Both the position numbers and the translations under genes were made by a program. Positions 45,511-58,987 of a stretch of DNA of 64,000 nt are shown in pieces. The stretch is from assembly GCA_051362555.1 (NCBI GenBank), contig CM120642.1, positions 29,202,001 through 29,266,000 of the forward strand. Reading direction: 5' to 3'. The stretch's first letter is position 1. Every line of letters starts with the position of its first letter. This DNA comes from Lingula anatina (taxonomy: Eukaryota; Animalia; Brachiopoda). The notes under the pieces are model-generated. The model saw nothing but the letters and a program-made list of their open reading frames with translations. It searched no databases and was not told the DNA's origin.

Positions 45511-46260
45511 TTTCCTCTAGTTTGTAAAGTATGTGTAAAGTATTATTTTTTCAACATTTTCTTCTAGTTTATAATTTTCTTTCTTCAGTTCAGTGAAGGT
45601 ATTATGGTGCATTACATAAAGTGTTTAATTTCATAATTTGACAATGTGAACATTAGTTAACATGCATGTGTCATATTACAATCTATACACCAACAGTGAT
45701 CCTCCTTCTACAATGGTAAAGCTGTTCACATTTCCTTCCTTAATATTTTTAATAGCCAGTAGTTTTTTTAAATATCATCTGCCCTGTTTATTGACAAAAT
45801 GGAAATGGAAATTATAGCCCGATTATGTATATCACGTCATTTCACCGGCCCACATGTGTCTTTATTTACTATGAATAGAGAGGTGCTTGAAATTGTTGTC
45901 TGAGCTGATGGCATATGCTCCATGAGAGCCTGATGTAGTTAGTTATTCTATCCTAATGGATAGCAGTACCCTCTGAAGATCAATTTTTATCAAGAAGAAA
46001 AAAAAAGAAGATATCAAGGTTTGTCGCTCGATCTGGACTGGGATACTGGTGGTTGGCAATTCTGAGGGCAATCCAGACAGATACATGCATCGGCAGATTA
46101 TAAGTAGTTGTGCTGCCCCATCATCATTTTGAACAGATTGTTAGGGAGATTTCCCCCACACTGAATTGCTCAGGGAAGCTATTAGACTTTAAGTAGTCTA
46201 TACTGGTGTAATGTAAACCACTGCTGTAGATGGTTGAGGCAGTTCACAACGCCAACAGCC

Positions 46261-46309
46261 ATGGCTGCAGAAAAACCACTGCCTGGGGAATGGAATCATC
46301 TGCTTTCAG
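46261..46309 (+). CDS. Candidate alternative first coding exon of the TRPC gene (MAAEKPLPGEWNHLLS)
   Basis: Strong Kozak gccATGG, donor CAG|gtaatt, phase 1; preceded by ~250 nt of higher-GC UTR-like sequence. Confidence 0.45.
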
Positions 46310-47125
46310 GTAATTTTTATTTTTTGACACATGGCAGATTTTAAAATGATGTTCATTTATTGATGTAATAAGGATGTTATGTAAAAAAATAAATTTAAAA
46401 AAAACATACATGTTGTAATGTGTAGGTTGATAGTAAATATCCAGGAAATGCTTTTAGCGTCTTCACTGTGGCCCTGTTCTCCATATTTTATTAGAGTAGG
46501 CTGCAAAATCTATAAAAGCAATATATATATTTTTTTGATGCAGTTGAGGGTTACCATTATGGTTTTTTATTTTCTATCTCTTTGCAGAAGTATCATGTGG
46601 ATAGAGCATCTTTATTCTATTTTCATTGATTTCACAAGGAAATTGTTCATTTATCCAGTACTAGTTTCTTTTTCTATTCCTTTAAGCATCACCACTGTTT
46701 TCTTAATTTGGCCTTTTTCTTTGAAATTCACAACTTTTGCTACTATTGGCATCCTTTTCCCTTTCTGTGTACTCTCAGAGTAGACTGTGAAAAGCAGGAG
46801 TGTTAAATCTTCATCGTCTCTGCCAGAATTTGAGAAAGTTAATCAGAGTAATCTCTGTGTCTTCTTAGTTGGTTTCATTTATCCTTGTAAAAACAAGGTT
46901 ATCGCACATACTTCTTGCCTGCTGATCTATTTTTTTTTTAATTTTAGATATCGAGTTCTTCAATTTCCCCCCATTTTCATCCTTTTATCCTTTTCATTTC
47001 ATTCTTCATTGTCTCCATCACATTCTCCATGTAAGACACCCTACAGTCTATTTCATCCAGTTTTCCTAAGCACCATTTCATTTTGTCAACTTTTCTGAAC
47101 ACTTTTCCGCCCTAGTGCTCGCTGT

Positions 47126-47348
47126 GCCCCCTTGTCCATGTGTTCACACCTCCTCGTCCATGGGTTCACCCCCCCTCGTCCACGTGTTCACGCCCCCTTG
47201 TCCATGTGTTCACGCCCCCTCGTCCATGTGTTCACACCTCCTCGTCCATGTGTTCACACCCTCGCGTAAATGTGTTCACACCTCCTCGTCCATGTGTCCA
47301 CGTCCCCTGGTCCATGTGTTCACACCCTCGTGTACATGTGTTCACACT
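47126..47348. repeat. Minisatellite, ~21-22-bp unit (CCTCGTCCATGTGTTCACAC), ~10 copies
   Basis: Direct reading. Confidence 0.95.
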
Positions 47349-50191
47349 ATGTCATGTATGTACTTGTTTGCACCAACTAAATTGTAGTTCACAGCACTTT
47401 GTAGACCTGTCTTGATTACTTTTTGCAAGTCCCAAAGCAGCACTTTTTACCATTCATCACTGCCTTAATTGACACCATTTGGGTGCAGATATATAATGAT
47501 CAGCCATGATAATTATATGAGGATCCATTATATAATAATACATGAAAGCTAGGTAAGAAACTACTACATTATTTAAGGATTAGTGTAATATACAATGCTG
47601 ATATAAATTGTTGAGGTAACAACAGCTGGGGAGGTTCACTCTGAGTTTCATGGGACTTACATGTACAATGGGTTTCCTCAATATATATACTTTGCATTGA
47701 CGTTATGGCTCTTATACATAAAATGGTACATGTATCAGTAATTGAAATGCTTGTAAGAAATTAAAAATTGATAGCCTAGCTGTTACATAAGATATTCACC
47801 TTGACCTGTCAAGTTAATGCTATTCATTTTGATCAGTACGTTGCCATGTAGAATTTCCACCAAAACAGGAACTTGTGAAAGAGAACAAAACCCCTCGCAA
47901 GGTACGTATTTAAAATTTCCACCCAGATTGTTGGAAACGAACTTGTAAAATAGAGCAAAACCCCTTGTAGCTTAGTCATATGTAAGGGCCAGTCGCTACA
48001 TGTCGCTTTGCGAAGGGGACATGCCTGTCGGGGTGCTGGTTGTGGAAGTGGGTTCCCATTAAGCCAGAAACTTGGGGTGATTCACTCCCAATTTACTTTC
48101 TGTCAGTTTTTTTTCTTTTAGTACTTTTGACCCCCAGAAATATTGACGTGTTTGCCCTTCATCTGCTGGAAAACATTGTGTTATTTTATGTCAGTTTTTT
48201 ATCAGGATTTTTCTTGAAATAAAGATATTGATTTGCTTCCGTTGAAAAACCAATTTTCCGTTGTTTGGCAGTGGATAATTCTGTCAGATTATCTATGATT
48301 TCAGATGTTGTTTTTTCTTTTTATCAGAAAACAGGAAGACTGATGATGCTATTGATTTTACCTAAAAAAAAAAAAGAAAAAAAAAAAAAAAAAGATTATT
48401 AATGTGAGAAACATTTAGATATCCCTGCTCTAAAACTGAGAAAAATGCCTTGGATTTTAAGTGGTTTTTAGAGTCTACTGAAGTGTTTTAATGTCAATGT
48501 TTGTTCACTGTATTGAATGATTTAGAAAATGGCATGGGTGAGAAGCATCTTCCTGAATTTCATGTTTTTTTTTCAAGTCCCAAAGTAAATAAGGTTTTGC
48601 ATGTCACAACTGTGACTAAATTAATTCCAGTGAGTTTAACACATTTACTGTATTCCTCATGGCATACATTCTGAAACGGGATATGGAGGTGGCAGAAATA
48701 CGTTCACTCAACAGATTAACACCCATGAATAATTCAAGAAAAATGTATGTAAGCTTAGGATGTTGAAATTCTTTGTCATATTTGTGGAAAGGTTTTCGCC
48801 TCTCATCTTTGATTTTCTAACACGGCAGATCATTAGAGTTGATTGATAATTCCGAAAATTGATTTTTAAATGGTTTTTTGTGCCCCATTATGCATACCTA
48901 ATTATCGTCATTTTTTAAAAGATGATGGTTTGTGTTTTCATCCTTATAGCACTTCACCAGAATTGAGCAATAGTTATTGTGTAGGCCAAGTTGAATGGAT
49001 TCCTTGTTTTCTGGAAATAAAAGTGGAAATTCAAGCAAGTCTATTCAAGAAGATGTTTATACTTTCTACAATGAAAGACATTTAAAGCTTGTTGAACATG
49101 CTCTCTATAACTAAGCTGAGAAATGAGAAAGTGGTTCCATTAATCAAGTATGCTTGTCTAATACATAGGCCATTTGTGAGGTTTTTCTAAAAATGATATA
49201 TGAAAAATTCTTGAAAGGAAGTAATCAAAAATTTCATTGATAGAGATTTATAATTTAAATAAAAACGACGTCTTTGCAGTCTGTTTTGCCATTCAGATGA
49301 CATGGATAAGGGTATTTTTGTCTATAGTGAGGAGGAGCATGAAAATGTCTTTTTGATTTGTAACTAATTGACTTATTTATTTCCCTGCAGAATGTTGCCT
49401 ATTACATGCAACATTTCTCATGAATGATTTATGCATTTTGACTTGATAGTGTATCTTATGGAGTTCCTTTTCTAACATACAGAGTACATATAATGTGTTT
49501 TACATTGTTGTTGGCCATTGTTTGGCTAAAATCCCTCTCATTTGGGAATAGTTTAGTAATATAGTATAGTAAATGTAAATATAGTAAATGCATTGTTTTG
49601 AAACTAGCTTTTATTACATTTAATTTCTGAACACCTTTATCTGAAAAGTGTGATGTAAAGTTTTGGAAAACAAGCTGAATATTCATGTCTGAATGCACAT
49701 TTTTACTAACAAGAAATAAAAATATTGAAACAGTATGGAGTAATTGAGGCACTTAAATTTTTTTAGTAATTGCTGTTTTTTTTTTCTTCATCTCATTATG
49801 TATCCTTTGCTTTTGACTGTTGTATTCTTGGTCGATTTGAAGCCACACAATGACTTTTTAGCAGCTATCAGGCAGAGATTGTCACTCCATTGTAAGATGA
49901 CACAGATAAAAATCACTGCCTGATAACATTCTCAGTGATTTTGTTTTAACCTGGCAAATACGAAACCCATTAATCATTATATAAGGCAGACTGTGAGGCT
50001 CCCAGAAGTTAACTGTGATTTATGTTGATAATTACCTGGAAGATGTGGACTCGGAGATCTGGGGCTGTGCTGTGCTTGGAAACAGACAATCACTTTGTTG
50101 TCAGAGATGTGAATCGAGCTTCAGACACTTTTTCTTAATTGTTCTTTTGAAACTGCTCCCTGCTGAGTAGAGTGGTTCTGTGATCTCATCA

Positions 50192-50240
50192 ATGGCAACT
50201 GTTAAGAATCATCTGCGGGATATTAGTTTTAAACAACAGG
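50192..50240 (+). CDS. Candidate alternative first coding exon of the TRPC gene (MATVKNHLRDISFKQQ)
   Basis: ATGG start, phase 1, weaker donor G|gtgtat. Confidence 0.3.
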
Positions 50241-50261
50241 GTGTATATGGCTGAAATGACA

Positions 50262-50265
<4 letters not shown>

Positions 50266-50300
<35 letters not shown>
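50266..50300. repeat. (TG)n microsatellite
   Basis: Direct reading. Confidence 0.95.
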
Positions 50301-50302
<2 letters not shown>

Positions 50303-51196
50303 CATGATCGTATAATTACATGCGCATATATTAGGATTGAAGAACAAAAAACACTGAAAACACGTTTGTAAATTGTACAGATGAAGTCAAAATCAATGAA
50401 CAGCCAAGTTAATCTTCGTGAAAAATTAAACCTTAATCCTGTAAATAAGGGATACATTCTGTTGACTGACTGGGAAGCATGCATTGCGTGTCCATCAAGG
50501 TATGTTCACTTCTGATAAGTGTCCGTTTATTGATTTGCTGAAGATGATACAGTCAGTGTTTTAGTCATTATGACTGGGATAATGTAGATGAGGTAGTAGA
50601 CATCAAGACTAGACATATCATTTCAGGTCTGTTCATTTCTTTTTCTATTGGCACTCACACACACAAGATAGAATGACACTGAACCATTCTTTTTCCATCA
50701 CATACTGTTGGTGAAAGGTTTCCTATTGTTGTACTCTGCTTAGATTAATAATTATTTGTATAATTACCTGAGTGGTGGCCATGTGATTTAATTAACCAGC
50801 AATGTGTACGAAACAGAACGATTCAGAAATTTTCTATCCTCTGTGTCAGCACTCATTGCTGGTAGACATATGATTGTCTTCCTTTTAAAAAGATAACTAA
50901 AATAAATGTTATTTATGGAGCCATTGCCAAATTGTTTTCACAAAACTTATGAAGTGATCAGACCAGTTTTATGATCAAAATCATCCATTTCACTTATGAT
51001 AGAAGTGATATCTCTCGGTTCACCTGTGCATCATTCTCTCTGTGTTATGGGTGCAAGTGGCCGTTAATACAACCAAGCTGCAGTATAAGGTAGGACATTA
51101 CAGGAGTTAGATAAATATTAACAGGAAGCTAATGGAAGTGCGAAAGATGATTATGGTCCAAGTGATGGAAATGGGGTTTGAGTCCACGCTACTTTT

Positions 51197-51210
51197 GTTG
51201 CCTTAGCAAC
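51197..51210. promoter_or_regulatory. RFX X-box-like palindrome GTTGCCTTAGCAAC
   Basis: Fits the GTNRCC-N(0-3)-RGYAAC consensus; function untested. Confidence 0.35.
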
Positions 51211-51638
51211 ACAAACTCTTTTTCTCTCTCGCATGTTTATGTGAGATTTTTTTTAATTACTGGAGGAAAACTTGTTCACTGCAGGTCAGATGAAGGACTT
51301 ATTCCTGGCTGAAGTCTCGGGTTATTTTTCGATCACTTTTTTTAGTTGATGATGATCTCGGCTGACATTTATTGGGTAGGTGAGATGAAAAAGTGATTTA
51401 TATCTGCCACATGATTATTTTTATGTGCTATCAAGAGCAAGTGGAATTGCCATGCTAAGTTTATACTTTATGTTGAATATTGTATGATCATAGCCATTCT
51501 GTCCACAGCTTATTGGTAACAAGACAGATATTTTGTAGAAATGCAGGTAGGTACTGGAGGAAGCAGATGGATGGATGTACAGTAGTAAGCATATGAAGGT
51601 GGTTGGAAAAAGGGGACTATACAAACACAAAAATAGAA

Positions 51639-51698
51639 ACTTGATTGAAATATGAAAGTCATTGTTTTACTTGATTGAAATATGAAAGTCATTGTTTT
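51639..51698. repeat. 30-bp tandem duplication
   Basis: ACTTGATTGAAATATGAAAGTCATTGTTTT twice. Confidence 0.9.
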
Positions 51699-51945
51699 TG
51701 TTTGTGTGTTGGAACCTTATTGAAAATTTGGCACTGTATGTATAGCTGTATGGACTACTCGACTGGAAATATTAATTTGCGGCCTTCTACAGATAAACAG
51801 AAAGCTTAGATGGTAAACTTTGAATTGAAAAATAATTCAAAAAATGTTATGTCCAATCAATATGAAATGCCATAGTGTTCAAATACAGCTTTTATGTAAT
51901 TAATTAAATTGGTTATTTTGTAAGATATAAGTTTAAGTCTAAGGC

Positions 51946-52066
<121 letters not shown>

Positions 52067-52794
52067 AGCATTTTCTAGCCATCATTAGTATGTGGAGTAC
52101 CTCTTAGTATACTTGATTGTCCAAAAATATTGTTATAAAAAAGTATCAGGTTTCCCAACATGCACTTGTAATATCTCTAAGTAATCATGATCTATGATTT
52201 ATAATGGTTCAGGTGCTCTGTTGTGTTTTTGTCACAGAAGTGGGAAAATGAATCTTACAACGGCATACTGACAGAGCATCACTAATTGCGTTTTGAATGT
52301 ACACTGTATGTTTACACAAAAAAAAAAAAAAAAAACAGGGGTGTACTTAGTATATTTGAAGCTTTTATCTCTGATAATTTGTAAAGTACATTTCATGGTA
52401 CTTGTTGCATGTCAGAAATAGCCGTGTCATGTTTCAAATATGTTAAGGGTTCTGTAGCAATATCACTCATGATTCAGTCAGGGGATATAAACGTCATTAA
52501 CACTCAGTAAACTAGAGAAAAACTGTACGAGGCTATTTGTTGATCAATTTTTTTTTTTCAAATTTGAGGATTGATGTTTTATTGTATATTTTCAAATTTA
52601 ATTGGTTTCCTAGGTTACCTTCAGCAATAAACTTGGAGATACTGGAAATACTGGTGACAAAAAGGGAATTTTGAATCTGATGCATGGAATTTATCTTTCA
52701 GGATTAATGCTTTGTAAAAAACATATGTTGCCATCCTGTTAAACCCTGCTAATGATAAGTTGTGTTAATAAGATATTATAATATATCTTTCCAG

Positions 52795-53225
52795 ATTTAA
52801 ATATCATGGATAAAGTGTACCGAAAGTACCGTGAGCAGGTTTTGGCTGGGAAGATCCAGGATGAAATTGGGATCGAAGCCTTTCAGACAGATCATTTTGG
52901 CAGTGGTGTTGTCCGTAAGGAAAATGATCTGAACAATGAAGAAAAACAGTACCTCCTGGCTGTAGAGAGAGGCGACATGGCCAACGTACGTCGTTACCTA
53001 GAAGACGCGCCAGTCTATTACAGCATAAATATCAACTGTACAGATCCACTGGGAAGATCGGCGTTGCTAGTGGCCATTGAAAATGAGAATCTTGAAATGA
53101 TCGAACTTCTTTTGAGTTTTGGAGTTGAGATGAGAGATGCCCTGCTCCATGCTATTAATGAAGAGAATGTGGAAGCAGTAGAGTTATTGTTGCAGTATCA
53201 AGCATCGCGGAAAAAAGATTTGACT
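52795..53225 (+). CDS. TRPC: TRPC first common exon (ankyrin repeats); in-frame ATG at 52806
   Basis: Acceptor tttccag at 52794 (phase 1, frame open to the ATG), donor ACT|gtgagt. Confidence 0.93.
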
Positions 53226-56200
53226 GTGAGTATGAGATCAAAATTAAGTTTGAAAGCCATTATAATTTTGGCCTTCATGTTTTGATGGCTGTCTTCAGAC
53301 TTTTTTCAATGGTTATCGGCCCATTTCATATTGAGTGGTATAATTTAGCAATGCAGTCTGTACCGATACACTTTAAGAGATTGACAAATAATATAATTTT
53401 TTTGATATTTTATAAAATTTCATGCTTCATACCCCCAAACATTTTATTTAAAAAATAGTGCATTTGTCTCACCTGTAACTCTTTATACTGCAAAAAAACA
53501 GGAGGAATAAAAATGAAAACAATATATAACTCCTTTTTCTGAAATAAGATGATATATATAATTTGGTTGCTACTTTCATCAGCTTATGGGCCATTCTGGA
53601 GATCGGGACATGGAGGTATAGTATATATAGTCTCCTTAATTAGGTGCATGTTCATCCTTATCAGCCCAGTAGCCACAGGCTCAAAAGTGATGAGTCAAGC
53701 ACCTTCCATATTTGGGGAGTTTGGAAGGGGGTGGGGGTTGGGGGGGGGGGTCCAGAGGGGTGCTCCCCGGCAAATCTTGTTCAGATGCATCAAATTATGC
53801 CGTCCAAAAGTACACCCTGCCTGGTTATAAAATTAGAGTGTTTTAACCCTGATAGACAATTTTCACTGAAATGCACAAAATTAGGGTTTCAGGTCAAAAA
53901 TATTTATAATTCAAATTTGACAAAATGGGAAATTCCCCGACCAGGCAAGCACCAGTCTGCTACAGGCCTGCCTCAAACACATGGCCATTACACAGTAGTT
54001 TGTAGTTAATAACCTTCAGTAATCATTTTGTTAGTTGATTTTAATAGTCCCCATAGATCCTGACTAACTAGCAGGTATCTCTGAGTAGGTGGTTAGCAGG
54101 TGGTGGTGTTTTTATTTATTTATTTATTTATTTTATTAGACGTTGAATCTTTTTCAAGATGGTCTCTTGGTGCTGTGAAATGAATCCCTTGTCTGTGTGT
54201 TGTGTGGAAAGGAACTTTTCAAGGTTTGTCAACCTTGCACAATGTTAAGTAGTTCTAAATCCATATATCTGTTGTTAATTGTGATGTTAACTAAATGTGT
54301 AACTTATATCTTTTTTCAACCTAAAATTTTTGATTCCATTTAAAGAAAAAGAAAATTTTTTTAAATATATATAAAATTTCTCAGGAACTTCTATTGAAGT
54401 CGGATTACTGAAAATTATGAATTTTGGAATCATAAAATACTTGGCAGAAGGGGTGCTTTCCTAAGTTGTCAGTGCAGTAATTACTGCCATAGATAAGATA
54501 ACCTTATACTGCAGGAAATCAGTTGTCAAAAACAATTAAGAATAGAATAATTGAGTAGAGTTGGCAATGCTGTATGTAGAGGCAGAAAGACAGTGACATC
54601 TTGTTGTGACTACCATTATCAAAGCCATTTCCAAATTGATTTCCTTTGCCCATGCGGTTTTGAGTTTATTATTGATTATTGTTGCAGAATTGAGATAAAA
54701 ACCCTGACATCTACTAGCTGTAGGTCTTACTAACTGTATTTCATGACGGGGGAATAACCAAAAGTACTCAGAATAGAGAGGCAATAATTGACCTGAACTC
54801 CACAGAAATTGCCAGATGTTGGAACACATTCAAAGATCCAAGATTACTACAAAAATTTGGGGATGACAGGGGTAGAAAATTTAATGTACTTCAATTGCTT
54901 TTCAATTATTTAGCTTTGGGGTTGTTTGGAGAGGGGTTTATCCCCCTTGCTCCACCCTTAACTTAAAACTTTATTGATTGATATGTGATATGACTTGACT
55001 CTGACATATGAATATGTGCAAATAATGAAATTAAATTTCTTGAAGTGACACAGTAAACATCTGCTGTAAGATGACTGACAAATGGCATGTGACAGCTTTC
55101 ATCTCAGTTCATATCTTCCATGCCAGATAATCACCCTGAGTGTCAGAGGCCTCTTTATTATATCAACATAATTTTACAGGGTACTGGATTCAGCGGAGGT
55201 ACATGTAAGCTGGTAACAGAGAAGAGTCTCCAGTGACCTCAGGGTGTCTAAGGGACCGTTCCCATTGAATTTTGTCGACCTAGCTTATGCCCACTGATTC
55301 CACTCTTGCTGAATGCCATCATATCAGAGGACTAACACTCCTCCTTCTGGCATGGAGTATAATATTGAAAAGTTGGTGATAGTACGAGTACTTTGGAAAC
55401 AATAGTGGGCATGTTAGTCTTTTAATCTAATTGCATTCAGCAAGAGTCTCCCTGGAGTTAGTGAGCATTAGCTAGGACTACAAAATTCACTGTGAACGGT
55501 CACTGAAATGAGCTACAATTAAGCTTAATTGATCACCAGTCAATCGATCAGATTCTCCTGTTGCAGAAAAAAATCCATGAGGTTGGAAATATGAATAGTG
55601 ACTGTACAAGAATGAAATAACCTCTATTTTGAAAACTCATTTCGCTCTTCTCTTTGGTCTACAATTGAGATTCATATAGTTTTGTAATCTTTGTTTATAA
55701 CAAAGCAAGATGGTTTGGAGTGGAATGCATTTTTCTATGCAAGACTGATTTTTTATCTGCTTGTTTCACATCTGAACTTCTATGGTTCCTTTGAGATTAG
55801 GGAGGTTTCAGAAATCAAAATGAATCCATCACTGTAATGAAAGTGTCCCCTTTATCTGAATGGTATGGATTTCAAGAGAACCACGAAAGATAGTATTGCA
55901 CTTTATTTTTTTTTCTTATATCAAATTAAGAAATCTGGCATTTCCAGTGATTTGAAGCCATTTCCAATGTCTCTCTTGAAAAAAGAATGACCTTACACAT
56001 CAAACACAGGTCATTGCATTTTAAAATTATGATCTGCAAGAAACCCCTTGGAGATATTAGATTTTTTCTTATTGATATCTGTGTATCCAGATGGAATTGA
56101 TGAGATGGTTTTGTCCAGTTGTAAAAGCCCCTGGTGATAAAGTAATGTACTTTTGAAATAGAGCATCAAGTCTTGGCATTTTTCTTCTCTTTTGAGCACT

Positions 56201-58953
56201 TGATGAATAATTGTTTTAAGCCCAGAACTTTTTTTGGGCTGAGAGGATGGTATCAATTGAAAACCATATTTCTGTTATTCAAAAAAACTACTATTATAGG
56301 GAGTATTCAGCATCTATGCTTCTATGATTTTTGTACATCAAAAGATATTTTAATATTAACAGAGAACAGGGTTTGATTGTCACTGAACATCTTGTCTGAG
56401 CCTTGCTTGGGATTCCAAAGCTATCATGATATTCCTCAATTACCTTTTCCAACATCTCAATGGGATGGTTACTTAAAGTGCAGATTACTAGCTGGATGGG
56501 TGCAATCAAGCTGTCTGTCACATCCATTGCAACTTAAAACAAAATTAGTGAAAGCAAACATGGATTGGCCATTGATGTGAACTTTCTAGTTAAAACCTGC
56601 AGGCATTGTCTTTGAGCGTCTGCCAAAATCCATTTCTCTTTTTTCCCGTATAAGCCTCATTGAGTGGACAGGTCTATTTTTTCACTATTTGTCACTATCA
56701 TTTTCAAAAAATATTTAAACATGGCATTATTTTTACATTTAATGGTTATCTAAGTCATGAATTTTATTTTGCCACAAATATTTTGTCCTATTTGCCTCAA
56801 TTCAGTAATTATTCTGTATTTTTTTCATGTTTCTGTATTTTTTAGGGCTACCTCGGTGGAACCCCTTCAGATTCCTTCACCCCTGACATCACTCCCATTA
56901 TTCTGGCTGCACATAGAGACAATTATGAAATCATCAAGATACTCCTGGACCGGGGTGATCGCATACCAAAGCCGCACGACGTACAATGCAGCTGTCGAGA
57001 ATGTGTAGCAAACAGTTCCGATGATATTTTGCGACATTCGCGATCACGTATCAACGCGTATCGTGCTCTTGCTAGTCCTAGCCTTATAGCACTGTCCAGC
57101 AAAGACCCAGTTTTGACTGCATTTGAACTGAGTTGGGAGTTGAAACGACTGAGCCGAATTGAGAATGAGTTTAAAATTGAGTATGAGGGTTTATCTGTGC
57201 AATGCCAGGATTTCGCAGTGGATCTCTTAGACCAGACGAGGGGATCTCATGAACTGGAAATTGTTTTAAACCATGACTCGAGTGGTGCTGTGCCTCATGA
57301 TTCAAGTCCTGATAGGATGAAACTCAGCCGCCTCAAGCTGGCTATCAAGTATAAACAGAAAAAGGTAGGTCCATCATCATATGGAGCTGAATGCCCTTAT
57401 TATTTTTTCTTGAAACGTTTAGATCTGTTGTCTGATATGTTGACACCTGAGAATGGAGTGAAGCTATAATAATTTGAAATGCGTAGAATATACATTAATG
57501 CTAGGGTCTTCAACGAGGTGTTAGTTTTTAGATTGGTGATTTAGTATAAAAAGATTTCATTATCTTGTCTCATTAAATGGAAATTGTGAAAGTATTAAAT
57601 CAATATTATTTATATGTAAAATATTTTATATTTATTACTGTGTTATATTGCTTTAGTAATATATAGTCATCTGATTAAGAAAAAGATTGTGTAAATTATT
57701 TTCTAGGTTGGTTTTTAGGAGGTCAAATTGAACTCTAAAAATGTATTTATTGCAGCACTGGTATTCAATTACAATGATGGAAGAAAAAAATTTTTGGTTA
57801 AAAAATGAAATAATGCCTCTAATATTTTGTTCTTCTTCTTGTCAGAGCAGAAATTAAGTACATTTTAGTCAAAATTTCAAAATTGATGACCATTTTGAGT
57901 ATGGCAGCCATATTGAAAAAGCTGCTATGCAAAATTCTCATTAATTGCCAATACCATAGTCAGTAATTTTGACAAAGAATAAATAAATGGATAAATAAAA
58001 TCAATGAAAAGAAAATTGAACAATAATATAATCCCATTTTGCCAATTTCTCCTCTTGCTCTACAAACTGGAATAAAAAACTACTCATAATTGCATGCAAA
58101 ATTAATACTTGACAGTGACAAATAGAAACAAAAGTATTTTTCCCAGTAAGCATATTTTTGATTATAGTTAATTTTTTTAGGTGACTGTAAGGTTTTGGTA
58201 ATCAGTAAGTAAAATTCTGTCACCAAGGAACAAACTTTTATATATTCCAGTCAGCACCATTGTATATGTTACTCCATAGATTAATTAAAATATTGCCATT
58301 TAATCTTTACAAATGATTGATTGACTTTAAACTTGTGTGAATCTGTAGGTTCTTGTGTTAAGTGCTTTTAATGAGGGCATCACTCTTTAATTGTAAAGCT
58401 AAATGGCAGAAGTCAGGTAGTTTCTCTGTCAGTGGGTCGTGATTGGCACATTGAACACGCGTGGCACGCGTGCTCTAAAATAAGATGGAGTTTTGCTTAA
58501 TCAGTCTTAAATCTAGTGTATGTTTATCAAGTCTGAAATCAGGCAGTCTTTACCCTTTGCAAAGCATAAAAAGGTCGCTTCAAAATGCCAGTCATTTGCG
58601 TCATCAGGTAAATATTTTCTTTCATGATTATCTGATATTTTTGTACTTTTCCTTTCCCTGTATGCTGCACAATTGGCACATGTTTTTGTTGAAGTACTGA
58701 GTTTCCTGCACCATTGCTTGCACACATTTTATGTAGTTAGGAAGTTAAAGAAATAAAGATTTTGTTGCCATGCACTTTTGCACGCTCCTCAAAGCTTTCT
58801 GCTATATGCTGGAGTGGACGCACACTTTACGTAAAGATAATTTGCTAATAAGGATAGATTTATTTAATTTCCCATTCTCTACAAAGTTCTCATCTTTTCA
58901 GTTTAACTACTAAGTGTTTACTATCTTAGAACAAACTTTTAGAGTATCAATCT

Positions 58954-58987
<34 letters not shown>

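Noticed and set aside
47115-47415. Cys/His-rich metallothionein-like ORFs
   Set aside because: Artefact of the minisatellite; no splice or promoter support
56757-57028. Apparent frameshift or separate ORF before 57029
   Set aside because: The true TRPC exon starts at acceptor 56846 and is open through 57364; the listed ORF is another frame
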